From NCBI RefSeq assembly GCF_009914755.1, contig NC_060936.1: DNA of 64,000 nucleotides. The stretch is one strand, 5' to 3'. The position numbers and the translations under genes are program-made. Positions 43,001-56,278 of the stretch are shown here, piece by piece (positions within the stretch are counted from its first letter, which is position 1; each line of letters starts with the position of its first letter). The DNA comes from the human T2T-CHM13v2.0 reference genome, Homo sapiens. The notes beneath the pieces are model-generated. The model saw only the letters and a program-made list of their open reading frames with translations. It had not been told where the DNA came from and did no database searches.

Positions 43001-43352
43001 AGAGATTTTTATAAGGATGTTACTTATGATCTCACTTTACATACTCTTTATGCTAAATCTTGGAATTTTTTTTTCTGGTAGCTGTGTTTTTCTTGAGCAG
43101 CTGGCTGGTTTTAATCTCATGAACATTATAATATTTAAAAAATAAATTTATCGAAGAAAAATATATTTCAATATATACAAGTTAAAAAAAACAAACAAAA
43201 AAGATGCTGAACACTGATTTTTGAATTTGATTGGGTTTCTGTCTTCACTTTGTCTGCTGGGGAGCTCAGGGCTGCCAAAGTAGAGCCATCCATACTAAGT
43301 GTGAAGGACTCCATGGTATATATTTCCAGTATTTGCCTTGTTCTTGGCTCCA

Positions 43353-43712
43353 TGTATTAGTCAGTTTTCACACTGCTGATAAAGGCATACCCAAGACTGG
43401 GCAATTGACAAAAGAAAGAGGCTTAATGGACTTACAGCTCCACGTGGCTGGGGAGGCCTTACAATCATGGTAGAAGGTGAAAGGCATGTATCACATGGCA
43501 AGCAGACAAGAGAAGAGAGCTTGTGCAGGGAAACTCCCCTTTTTAAAACCATCAGATCTTGTGAGACTTATTCACTATCACAAGATAAGCATGGGAAAAA
43601 CCTATCCCCATGATTCAATTATCTCCCACCAGGTCCCTCCCACAATAGAAAGGAATTATGGGAGCTACAATTCAAGATGAGATTTGGGTGAGGACACAGC
43701 CAAATCATATCA
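43353..43712 (-). mobile_element. THE1B solo LTR
   Basis: tgtattagtcagttttcacactgctgataaag...caaatcatatca; 5-bp TSD CTCCA (43348-43352, 43713-43717). Confidence 0.93.
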
Positions 43713-44734
43713 CTCCATTTAATGTTCCAGTACTGATTTCTCTTCTTTCTCTCCAACATAATTCATGTGATCTTCCTGCTTTGTGTGTATCTAAATCTTA
43801 AATCCTCTCTAAATAAGGTGGGGAAAATGTTTGATAAAAGAATAAAGTATGGTCCTTTAGTACGTGTGGTGCATTGGAATGTGAACAACACCTATACTTA
43901 AACTAGAACAAATAGTAATTCAGTGGAAGGACCTTTAAGTTCTTCTCTTATGATTTTAAGCATGAGAAGAGAGTTGAAAAATTTGCCCATGGCAAATATT
44001 GCTGGTTTCTTCTTCTGGATTCCCAAGTCTAGGTTTGGGGAAGAGGATTAATCCCAGCTCATGGGCATTGCAAGCTACACTGTGCTATGTCTAGGTGGGG
44101 TTGGGCTGGGGCAGGGATCATGGCTCAGTATTTTGAACCCATGAAATCACAAGCTACATCTTACAAGGGTGCCATTGTGCCTGGTACCTCAGTGGTGATA
44201 TCACTGCTGGGCTGTCTCCCTCCAAGCGTTCTCATAGCCTGGGCAAGGCAGCTGTAGAATGGTTCTCCAGTGAAATCATCTGGCCCAAATCATGGCTGCC
44301 AGCCTCACCCTGCACACCCAGGCCCCATCCTAATCTCCCAGCAGGAGGTGCTTGGGGCAAGCTGGCTGCCTTAGACACAGTGATGCTGGGCCTGCTGGCC
44401 TGAGGGAGCTTAGCTCAGGTAGCCTCCCCAGAGAGACCTGGCCCTTCCCAAGGAGCTGGATCTTGAGGCCAGCTTTCCAAGGCCAAGGGTTGCCATCGGC
44501 TGCCGTTCCCTTTCCAAGCCATGGATGCTCTGGAACATTGTAAGTTTCCTTCAGTGCAATGTGGATTATAGATGTGTGTATAACTGAAATGATATCTCAA
44601 GTGTCTAGCATAGTGCTTGGCGTATAGTATGAATGAACTAAAAACAAGCTCATTTATGGAAACATATATTAACACATGGCTCCTAACAAATGGAAGTTTC
44701 TATTATCTAGCAAATATATACTGATTTGCTTAGA

Positions 44735-44895
44735 GAGGCAGTATCACAGGATGGTTAAGAGCAATAGCTCTAGAGACAGGCTGCCTGGTTCAAACCTTGC
44801 CTCTGATGCTAACTAGCTGTGTGATCCTGAGCACATTACCTGTGTTCCTCTCTTCTCTGTGTTTCCTTGTGTATGAAATGGGACTAAAATAGATA
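44735..44895 (+). mobile_element. MIR
   Basis: gaggcagtatcacaggatggttaagagc...gctgcctggttcaaacc...actagctgtgtgatcctgagca. Confidence 0.7.
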
Positions 44896-44924
44896 CTGAA
44901 TCTCTGTTATGTCCTTGCTTTTTT

Positions 44925-45247
44925 TCTTGGTTCGCTCTCCCTTTGGAGAAGCTAGCTGCCCTGTCAGGAACACATGCATGTGGTGAAAAACCGAGACTTC
45001 CAGCCAACAGCCATGTGAGCGAGCCATCTTGGAAGTGGATCCTCCAGCCCCAGTCAAGCCTTCAGATGACTGCAGCTTTGGCCAACATCTTGACTGCAAC
45101 TTCCTGAGAGACCCTGAGCAAGAATCACACCATGAAGATGTTCCTAGTTTTCTGATTCTCAGAAACTGGGTGAGATAATACATGTTTGCTGGTTTAAGCC
45201 ACTAAGTTTTGGGATAATTTGTTATGCAGCAATAGATAACTAATACA

Positions 45248-45248
<1 letters not shown>
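44925..45248 (+). mobile_element. MLT1F-like LTR 3' part
   Basis: gagccatcttggaagtggatcctccagccccagtcaagccttcagatgactgcagc...ttgttatgcagcaatagataactaataca. Confidence 0.8.

Positions 45249-45251
<3 letters not shown>

Positions 45252-45291
<40 letters not shown>
45252..45291. repeat. (TG)n microsatellite
   Basis: Direct reading, ~20 units. Confidence 0.95.
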
Positions 45292-45293
<2 letters not shown>

Positions 45294-45500
45294 AAGATGA
45301 ATATGGCTTCTGCAATCATGGAGATTGAATTCTAGTGGAGCATAGGAAGGAGTCAGCTGACAATACCAATACAGTGTGGAAAGTGCTATGGGAAAGCACA
45401 GGGTGCCATGGGAGAACATAGAAGGGGCTCTGGGTATAACTCGAAAGAGGTGATGGTCAGAGGAGGCTTCCTGTACTCAGTTACATCTAAGGTGCATCTT

Positions 45501-45790
<290 letters not shown>

Positions 45791-47259
45791 AGTTGCATCT
45801 TGAATGGTGAGCAGAGCTGGTCAAGCAGGCAAGTGGGTGAGGGGAATGAGGAAGGGCATTTCAGGAGAAGGAACAGCATGTGTGAAGGCCTGGAAGTGAG
45901 ACAGATGGCAAGCAAAGGTGAGGGTGGGAAAGGGGCCAGATGATATTGAGCTTCAGGCTCCATGATAAAGGAGTTTGGATTTTGAGGGGTTTTGGGCAGG
46001 TTAAGATTGTGTTTTAGAAATATCAATCTGACTGTGGCATGGAGAATAGAGTGGAACTAGAAAAAAATGGGAACCTAACAATTATTTCCATTTATATGTT
46101 CTACGATGATATTATATTATCTGATATACATAGATTTATTTTTTTAAGTAGAGTTCACTCCTAACATATGAAAATACTTGCTTTATTTAAAATAATTTTA
46201 AGTGAGGATTTTCTCATGTTATTGTTAGCAAATGAAGTCTAATATGATGACACATGATGTAATTGAACATACCGCAGTAAATTTAACCAATCCCCTGTTG
46301 ATATTTTTATCTTTCACTGTTATAACAACACTGGGATTGACATGAAAAGGGTCTCCCAGAATCTTGCACAGTGGGTTTTATTGTTTGGTGTATTCTAGTA
46401 GGGAGTTGAGGGTCTGTAGTGGCAGGATTATGTAGAGGAGGTGGCAGATTGAGCCCTAACTACCCAGTATATTGGTGACATCATCTCTGGTATTTTCTGA
46501 GACATTCCTAATTTGGAACATTTCACCTCATTGGGGTCATATATCCTGAGTTTTTGTTTGGAAAATATTCTCCCCTCTCCATGCCATGAACTTCACGCTT
46601 CAGCAGTACTGACTTGCTTTTCATGTCTCATACCTGCTATGCTGTTCTTACATCCTGCCTTTGCCCACACTGACCTGTTACTGGAATGCACCCCCTCCTC
46701 TTTGTCTGTCTACCTCCTTTCCATCATTTCTTTAAGACTCTTCTGAGACATCTCCAAGAGGGCTTTCCTGATCTTGCTGCACCTCTCCAACCCAGTGCCC
46801 TGGACTTACTTCTATTCCTGAACTTAGCACAATATATCAAAATGATCATTTTGTGGCTCTCCCCAACTCAACCATGAACTCCTCAATGGTAAATGATCAT
46901 GAGTTAAAGAACAAAACAAAACTGCTCTATTACTTTATATAATGACTGGAATACTTTGGGCATTGAGCAAAATTTTACTGAAAGGATAAGTGAGTCAATG
47001 AGCCCTGATGGAAAAGGTGAGTAGTTGGATTGTCCAAGGCCTGGGGTTTTGCTGGATAAAGCTAGCCCAGTTAGGCCAGGAAATTGAAATTGCTAAGAGG
47101 GATAAAGTGATGGACCATGGTGTCTTTGTTGGACAGGAAGAAAGTGAAGCGAGGAGGAGCTGGTAGAGAGGAAGCAGAGGAGTCAAGGACGTGAGGGTTC
47201 TGTGCATTTGAGGGACAGGCGTGGTGAGGGTAACACCCCACCTGGCTGAACTGACAGAT

Positions 47260-47420
47260 GGTAGTTCTCAAACTCAACCAGGCATAAGCATCATCTAGGG
47301 GCTTGCTAACAAGGCATATTTCTGAGTATCTCTTTAGTGAGTCTAACTCAGTAAGTCTGAGGTGGGGTCTAGGATAGGCATATTTAAGGAACACCCCAGG
47401 AAGTTATCATTCAAGGGGTC
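47260..47420. mobile_element. MER5-like hAT element
   Basis: gtagttctcaaactc...cagtaagtctgaggtggggtctagg. Confidence 0.55.
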
Positions 47421-48962
47421 TCTGCCCCACTTATGAATACCTTCTGAAATGTGAGGCTTTGGGGAAAAAGTAAGATGTCTGATTTTAAGACTTCAGAGGT
47501 GGAGATGTGCTTCCTGAAGTCAGGTCCAGGAGTGGCCACAGGAATGCATGATTGGGACAGGAATGCATGGAGGTAAAGACCAAGGTCAAAAGGTGTAGTG
47601 GTTTATCCTCGTGCATGTAATAGTCACCTAGGATGGTGGCAACACTTAGGGGAGGAAGGACTCAGCACCATGTGCCAAATCTTCCATGAACCAGAGGGCT
47701 GTAGGATGATCTCCCTGATAGGGTGGAAACTTTACAAACTAATAACTACGGTTCTTGTGTGTGAATGCCTAACCGTACTGTGGGAGGAGCCTGTATGTGG
47801 CTGAGAAGAAGAAAGCGGGATCTGCTGGAACCTTTTTCTTCCCAGCATTTCTAAGGCTGTAAGCTTGCAGGGGAGGGGCAAGCAAGTGACTGCAAGTGGT
47901 GCAAAAGGCTGACAGAGCGTAATCATGACCATAGATGAAAAAGGCCCACTTGGAAAGCCACTTGGAGTTGAGACTAGAGAAGAGGCTCAAGAAGTGTTGA
48001 TGCATCCCACCACACAAACAGTGGTGTCAACAGAAACTATCCTTGGTCAATAATCCAAGTATCTCAGGTGTGACATCATTGAGATTTGAGGTGCCACAGG
48101 TGCCAGTTGATCATACTTCTTTCTTCCAATTGAGTCTAATCAATCTGAGAAATAGAAATGAGTGATAAATAAGGGTTCAGATTCCACATTTATTACCCAG
48201 AGTTGGACTGGAGAATAGGGCTTAAAACAGAAGCTCAAATTGGACTTTCTACTTCTGCTCCTCCAAATCTAGTGCCTAGATTCATCCCTTATGAGGTGAG
48301 TTAAATCTGCAAAGCCAGTCTTGCCCCATCAGCAGCATCCTGGAGGAAACTGCCCTGCCCCACGCCTCATCCATTGCAGGGGAGTGGTGGCCTCCAGGCC
48401 TGCCTCTTCATGCGGAGATCCACCCCTGGTTAATGCAGCTCAGTGGATGAAAGGCTCTGCCCGGATCACCATGGCATTAGGTCACCACTCCTGCCCTGAG
48501 GAGGCACAAGAGAGGAGGTGAAGAGAATGGCTGTCTGAGTGACCCACAGTGTTTGAGGCAGTTCCCACTTTATGGACCAAGCTGTGAGAGAAGAACAAAA
48601 GCTCCTTGTAAACTCTGAAAGTGTAGGAGAGAAGCCACTGTAGAGAGGGAGTTGGGCCCTCAAGAGAAGGGTCTTAGAGGATGGGAACATGGTGCGATGT
48701 CTGGCATTTTACAGCTCCCTAACACTGTTATCTACGGGATGATTTCTTCAATTTTTTTTGAACCAGTAAAGTCCTCGGTTTTGGATGCAGCAAGCATGAC
48801 ATCAATGAGAATGCTCCTCACAGATCCCTGATTGCATAGTGTGTCATTGACTGAGGGCTCTGCTGCTGGGCTCTGAAATTCGTCATAGTTTTTGTGCCAA
48901 AGTTGTGCCTCACAAAAACAGCTTCCAGCCAGTGCCTGAGTCCAGTGATGGACCATGGGGTC

Positions 48963-49339
48963 TGATATGGTTTGGCTATGTCCCCACCCAAATCTCATCT
49001 TGAATTGTAGTTCCCAGAATCCCCACGTGTTGTTGGAGGGACCAGGTGGAGATAATTGAATCATGGGGGTGGTTTCCCCCATCCTGTTCTCGTGATAGTG
49101 AGTTGGTTCTCATGAGATCTGATGTTTTTACAAGGGGCTTCCCCATTCACTGGATATTCATTCTTCTTTTCCCAGCTGCCATGTGAAGAAGGACATGTTT
49201 GCTTCCACTTCTGCCACGATTGTAAGTTTCCTAAGGCCTCCCCAGCCATGTGCAACTGTAAGTCAATTCAATCTCTTTCCTTTATAAATTACCCAATCTC
49301 TGGTTTGTCCTTATAGCAGTGTGAGAATGGACTAATACA
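48963..49339 (+). mobile_element. THE1C-like solo LTR
   Basis: tgatatggtttggctatgtccccacc...gaatggactaataca; 5-bp TSD GGGTC (48958-48962, 49340-49344). Confidence 0.92.
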
Positions 49340-49409
49340 GGGTCTGTGTTGGACAGGAAGGACATGAAGAGAGGAAGGGCTGGTGGAGAGAATGCAGAGT
49401 AGTCATAAG

Positions 49410-49678
49410 ACACGAGCCTCCTCTGATGGTCGACTTTGCCTTGAGAACTCAGATGACCTTGCCAGAATCTTCTTAGATAGCTTGGAACTCTAGAACATTT
49501 CTACTCACCCTTCTTCCTTCTCCCATTCACTCAAGGCCAGACCTGCAATGTGATCTGACAACTCCCAGCCTTACAAGGTTCTCTTCCAATTTTCTCTCAC
49601 AGGGATTTTCCCTAATAAAATCATCACACATTTAATCCTGCCTTAATGACTGCTTCTTGGAGGACCCAGACTAACACA
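49410..49678 (+). mobile_element. LTR16A-like ERVL LTR 3' part
   Basis: ccctaataaa...tttaatcctgcctt...ctgcttcttggaggacccagactaacaca. Confidence 0.55.
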
Positions 49679-50369
49679 GCAAGTCAAGTGGGAGGGATGT
49701 GGTGGCTAGGACACTTATCGTACTGAGCAAAACCTGCCTCAGGGAGTGGCAGCTCTGAGAAAATGCAGGAAAGCAAACCAAACCACTGGTTACTAAGAGC
49801 AAAGATGTGAGATGTTGTGAGAGTTTACACAGCAATAATGATGTGCTGGGTGGGATCCGTTCATTACCTCTGGAGGTCCCTGCTTTATAGATCGGAACCT
49901 GGGGCTCAGTGAAATTAAGCACCTGGACGACAATCCTGTAGCTGCCAGGTGAGGAGTCCTCAGGTGAAAACTCAGGACCCTCTGGGCTCCAACTTTTTGC
50001 TCTTTCTGTTGTATCAGTGGCAGAAAGAGCTGCCCTCAGCGGGACAGGCTTCTCAGTATGAAGAGGCAACCAGGAGTCTTGACTGGCACCTGTCGAGTGG
50101 CATTTAGGTGCACTGGTGTCCATAAATATCTCCAGATATAAGTAGTTACCCTTTATGCCACTCCTGCTAAAGTGACCACTGAGCACTTAAAACTGGTTTT
50201 ACTAAGGCCCTTAACTCAGGTCAAGATCAGAGTTAACAGATGCTGTCATGGGCCAGATCAAAGTCTTGATCAAATGGCTGATTGGTAGAAACATTAAGGC
50301 CTACTGCCAGTGAAAGATTATCTTTCTCTCTTTAATCTCATTCAACTAGGCAAGTCAGCTCAACTTGGA

Positions 50370-51085
50370 ACATATATCCAGAATCTGCCTGCTTCTATCT
50401 GTTGCCATTGTCCATGTCACCATCTCCTCTTGCCTGCAGTGAGACCAGTTAGTGGCCTTCTAACTGGTCTCTCTGCTTCTGTTCAGCCTCTTCCAGCTGA
50501 TTCTCCACATACAACCAAAGTGATTGCCCTAAAAGTAAAATCAGATCACATTCCTTCCCTACTTTAAACCTTCAAGTGGCTTCTCATTACTCCTGGAAGA
50601 GATTCATGCTCCTTCTCGTAGCTCATGTGAATTTCTTTGACCAGGCTTCTGCCCCTCACTTTTCAGCCCGCCCAGCCGAATCTCCTCCTCTGCTCTGGCC
50701 ACCTGGATGTCTGTATGTTTCTGGAAAGGCCAGGTTCTTCTCCACTCTGCACTCTTTGCACTGGCCATTCTGCTTACCTGGAATATTCTTTCCCACCTTT
50801 GCCTGCCTTGTCTCTCCCATTATTCAGTGTCTCCATGACCACACAATCTGAAGCTGATTCCCCTCTTACCCACAGTGCTTTCACACAATCCTGCTTTATT
50901 TGCTTTAGAGCAAAGTAAGAAGTTACATGATCTCCTTCTTCACGTGCTTTTTGTCTGTCTCTTCCCATTAGAACATCACTTTCATGGGAGTGGCCTGCTA
51001 TCTGCCTTATTTGATTCTGTATCTTGGCACTGACAACAGTACTGGGCACATAGTAGGTGCTCAAAAAAGATTTGCTGGCTGGATA
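50370..51085 (+). mobile_element. L2 3' fragment
   Basis: aaatcagatcacattccttccctactttaaaccttcaagtggcttctcatt...acagtactgggcacatagtaggtgctcaa. Confidence 0.75.
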
Positions 51086-52789
51086 CAGATCAATCAGCAA
51101 TGAAAGTAGAGCATGTCTGAATGAATATGGAAGTCAATGGAGAAAAGATGATCCAAGCACTTATGTTACATGCAATGACATATTTTAAATCTACTTACTC
51201 TTAGAAGAAATCTACTTTCTCTTTCCATAAATTTGAGCTTGAGGAAGCAATTCATTAAAAATATGTGAAGGGTTGATTTAAGGTTGGGAGGACTTGTTGG
51301 ATATGTCTGCAGTCAGGTTTATATCAGGAAAAACAGAAGGGAAAGGAAGTAACATTTAGTAGAGACCTACCAGACCCTGGGACTGGGGTGGGGTCATAAA
51401 CACAAAAACAAATGATACTTATTGTTGGCTTACTTGGTGGTACTGTACCTGCTACACATGTGACATTCCTTATGTCAACTGATCTTCACAATGATTCTAC
51501 AAAGTTGGCACTGTCATGGGCCACATTGTCCAGAAAAGGAATTGAGTCCCCTTTTGTAAGAACTTGCTTCAAGGAACCACAGCTAGTAATGACTGGAGCT
51601 GGGGTTTGAACCCTGGTCTCTGATTTCAAAGCTCCCCATCATATAACCTTATATAAAATGTGCACAGCTACCACTCACTGTGGGTTTACAGGGCCAGGGC
51701 CAGGCCCAATACTAAGGCTTTAGGTAAAGGTATGTTCATCAAACCAGGATTAAAACCCCAAAGCCTGTGCTTCTTACCTCAGGCCACTCCATCTGTTGAA
51801 TAGCTTTGACCATTCTTTGCCTTTGGTTTCTGGTTTGCACTCCTGGCAGCAGATGCCAATGCAATTGTGTGACTGCCTTATCTGCTGCCAACAAACCAAA
51901 GGCCTGGGAAGGTTTTTGCCAATTCATGTGGGTGTGAAATTTGTTGCTCAGCATTGGAATAATACCTGCCATTTGCAAGGATACCTTAGATGTTTATTGC
52001 CAGCCCACTCACTTTCTGATGTTTGCAGCAGAGTACAAGGGTTGTGTTGTGGGTCTTGAAGTAAGACCATTCTTAACATACAACTAGGTTCAAATCCTGG
52101 CTCTATCACTCATCAGCTGTGTTACAAGGACTATAGAAGGCTTTGTTTCCGTATCTGTGTGTGCAGAAAACAGCAGTTGCCTACCTCATAGCTTGCGATT
52201 TATTGTAATAATATATTCCACACGTGCCTGTACCTGCCTCTCAGAAAGCATTAGTTACTGGTGATCTTTTTTTATTATTACTGTATTGAACTTAAGGACT
52301 GTCCTGAGCCAGACTGTCAGAGAGGACTGAGGTATCTGGGGAGGTATCTGGGGAGGTATCTGTAGTCTGACTACATGGGGCAGCTTCAGATTAATAAGAA
52401 CAAGATTCTGCCTGCTAACAATTTCTACATCTATTAAGAGCAGTAATAAACCTCTTTTGTGGGTATAAAATTTGCATGAAAACACCTATAAGGATAATGA
52501 TAATAAAGGCTAATATTGAACAGTTAATATGTTCTAGGTAATATCCTAAGAATTTAACATTCATTAACTCAATAAGCCCACGTGGCAACACTCTGAAATG
52601 GGTGTTGTAATGATCTTCATTTTAAAGATGGGTGCCTGGAGGCAAGAGTGTGTTGGGGATATCACATGGATTAATTAAATATTTATTAGATGCTGAGATC
52701 TTTCAGGGGAAGGAATTTTTTATTATCTCCAGGGCCCAGTACACAATAGGTGCTCCATAGTTATTTTCATGTTGAATAAGTGATATAGA

Positions 52790-53010
52790 TCAAAGGTTGG
52801 CAAACTTTTTCTGTAAGAGGCCAGGTAGCAAGTATGTTAGGCTGTGGGCTCCATGAGGTCCCTGTTGCAGCTTCTCAACTCTGCCGTTGTAGTGCAAAAA
52901 TGGCCAGAGACAATGTGGAAATCAGTGAGCATGGCCGTGTTCTGATAAAATGATTTCTAAAGACAGGTGGCAGGACAGATGTGGCTGCAGGCTGCAGCTT
53001 CCCCTGATCT
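52790..53010. mobile_element. MER58A-like hAT element
   Basis: ggttggcaaactttttctgtaagaggccaggtagcaagtatgttaggc...ctcaactctgccgttgtagtgcaaaa. Confidence 0.8.
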
Positions 53011-53241
53011 AGGTGATACTGATTCTGATGCTGTTAAACAGTACCATTTGCTAAGTGCCTACTCTGTGCGAGGCACTATTATAAGTACTTTCATGCATTG
53101 TCTCATGAGATACAGATGAAGAAAGTAGGCTTATGGGGTTTAAGTAACTTGTCCAGATCTGTGAGACTACAGAGCCCAGACAAAGGAGACAGTGTTACAG
53201 ATTTTGAACATTATTCAGGTGAAAGTATAAGTGGATTCTAG

Positions 53242-53410
53242 ATCCTTACTACTCAAAGTCTCGTCCATGGACTGGCAGCACTGGCATCACCTGAGGGCTT
53301 GTGAGGAATGCGGACTGTTGGGCCCCTCACTAAGAAATCTTGAATTAGAATCTACGTGGTCACAGGATTCCCAGGGATTTCCATATATGTTAAAATTTGA
53401 GGAGCAGATG
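53242..53410. mobile_element. MER5A-like hAT element
   Basis: tactcaaagt...ggcagcactggcatcacctgagggcttgtgaggaatgc...ttaaaatttgaggagc. Confidence 0.7.
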
Positions 53411-55980
53411 AAGGTTCTAGATCATTCACATTTAAAGACAAACACTGTCCAGATGTCTGGGTTTTGTGAATAACATGGGATTTCATTCATCTTGTGAGGG
53501 TAAATCTACTGTCAGCCCAGCCCGTTTCTAGAACAACAGAGCTATGAACATCAATGAGGAAAGGTAAGTTTAGACGCCTAATAGAAACTGAATTGTTTAA
53601 CAACTTTTGGAGGAAACTTGGAAAATGTAACCGATGATTTAATGATCTTTAACTTAAAGCGATTAGAAATATGCAGGGTGAGGCGGTCAGTTTCACCAAA
53701 TGGGGTTAGAACTTAGTTTTCTATGCAAAGATGGACACTCAGGTTGAAATTTCTCAAAAGTTCCGAGTTTGTGTCAAGCATATTGACGATCCAGTGGCTT
53801 CTTTCTTGTGACTGGGACAGACCTGGGAGGTGCAACACAGCTCTCCTTGCTGCTGCTCCATCTAATTTACAATGAGATCAGCATACAAAGGGGAGTGAGG
53901 AATCACTCTGCTAACAAGCTCCCTTCCCTCTTGTCTCTGGAAGAATGTTGGCTGACAGGGACACAATTAAAAAGGGATTGATTTATTGAGCTGGAATGCT
54001 CTAGCCCCCCTAATCTCAGAATCTCTCTGCTTCATGCAATCACCATTTCCAAACAAGAGTCAGCCTACACGAATGAAACTTTTCGTGATCACCAGGGAGC
54101 CAAAGACGTAGTTTACCAAAGGTAGCTCAGCCCTTGAAGCCCATTAAAAAAAACAAAAACCCACATAAAAGAAGCCCTTTCCTGCATGAGGGCCTGGATA
54201 AGGATCTGGAATTCAATAGGAAAGGATGACCTAAACAAAAAGTAAGCAGTACTCATGAAAACTGCTAACCTTGGCTCCAGGGAGGGGCACAGGTCAAGAA
54301 GAGTAAGTGGGCAAGGAGCCCTTTTTTTGTCTTTTACATAATGAAACTATAAATTTCTGTTAGAAATCACAGGATCATCAAGCATTTGGAATGTTTATGA
54401 GGATCCTGGTGGGATTCAAGAGAAGAAAAAAAAATCTGTGGATTTGAATTCAATTCTTCCTTTGAACTGTCTCATTGAACCCAGGTGGTCAAATCTCTGC
54501 TGTTTGTATGCATGTCATTATTTACAATTGTTGGGATTTGAGAGGGTACCCAATAAATAGCACCTATTTTTTTTCACTAGAATTCTGAACTGTTCGTAAA
54601 GTAAAACAAAAGACTTGGCAGATGGAGACGGAAATGGAGCATCCGTTTTGTTACTGATAAAGTGGGTGCTGGAAAATGGAGCTTATATCTGTGCATTGGT
54701 AGATTTCTTGATATCGAATACCCAACCTAAAAATATTACCTCCCAATCACAGCAGCTCTGGACAGGCCTTTGTGGGACGTGTATGGAGGGGCAGCAGAAC
54801 GTACTCCTTGATAGCAGCCTCACTCCCAAGGGAAAGAGAAAAGACGCGGCTGGGCTGCACATACCCAGTTTCTCCTTCCAGATTTATCAGAATAAGAAAA
54901 CCACTTCTTCCCTGGGGGGAGTAAGTCAGGGGACAGAGAGAAACCAGGAGTGAAGTGGGACCTCTCCCACATAGAAGAAATCGTCATGAGTGGGGAAGAA
55001 GCATCCTCTACCTTCACACTTTTGAAAATTAATGATAATATTACTAATAATAACAGTAATGACAACAATAAGAACAAAAGTGATCATTTACAAAGTATTT
55101 ACTTGCTCAGGTTCTGAGCAGAATCCCCTACCTCATTTAATCTTCACAACAACACATTGAGATAATTTTATGATTGTGTCTCTGCAACAGGTGAGAAAAC
55201 TGAGACACAGAGGTTGCGTAATTGTCCAAGGACACACAGCTAGGAAGTGGTACAGCTACAGTGCAAACACAGCTTTGCCTGACTCCAGAGCCTGAGTTGT
55301 GCAGCAGACTCTGCTCTATTTGTTGAATGAATAATGAAGTAAATGAATAAATGAATAAATGAATGAGGTGAACTAGAGGATAATGTGTCTAGAAGTCTGG
55401 CCGCATGGGGGAAATCTGTGTGCAGGATTGCTAGGTTTGGCAGCCGGCCCATCTTTCCCTCAGTTCAGAGGCTGACCCTGAGGATTTTTCCCTAGAATGT
55501 TCTGCCCTGCCCGGCTGGGCCAGGCCAAGCAGTGCTCCAGCAGGTGGACCTTGGAGCTAGTCTTGCTCTCCCAGGAGCCCAGCGTCAGGGCTTGCTGGGG
55601 GCAAGAGCCAGGGGGCTGCTTGTCCACAACCATCCCCTTTGCTTGGTCTCTGATTTGCATTCTAGATTTCTCAGTGGCCTCAAGGCTCTGAATGCTTCCC
55701 AGATGGCCACTGGCCTAAACACAGGTGGCCAGGGGAGCACTTAGACAACCCACTCCATGGGAGAGGGATCAACCCGTCTCTGCCTGAGCTAGAAATCTGA
55801 CTCACAGATTAGGGGTCAGGGAAGAGCGCAGCGACTGAAGCTGTCTTCAGCTCCCCGTCTCCCTGTGGGAATGTCCCCATCTCCCGTGCATCTGGCCACC
55901 ATATTTCCAGGCATCTCTCTCACCACCAGGCATTACACAAAAATCAGAGCCTCTGAGATGCCCTTTTCCCTTACTTGCTC

Positions 55981-56278
55981 TTTTTTTTTTTTTTTTTTGA
56001 GACAGGGTCTCACTCTGTCACCCAGGCTGGAGTGCAGTAGCATGATCTTGGCTCACCACAACCTCCACCTCCCGGGTTCAAGCAATTCTCATGCCTCAGC
56101 CTCCCAAGTAGCTGGGATTATGGGTGCCCACCACCATGCCTGGCTAATTTTTGTATTTTTAGTAGAGATGGAGTTTCACCGTATTGCCCAGGTTGGTCTC
56201 GAACTCCTGACCTCAAGTGATCTGCACACCTCGGCCTCCCAAAATGCCGGGATTACAGGCATGAGCCACCACGTGGCC
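55981..56278 (-). mobile_element. AluSx-like
   Basis: Poly-T plus full dimer; flanking TTGCTCT duplication. Confidence 0.93.
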
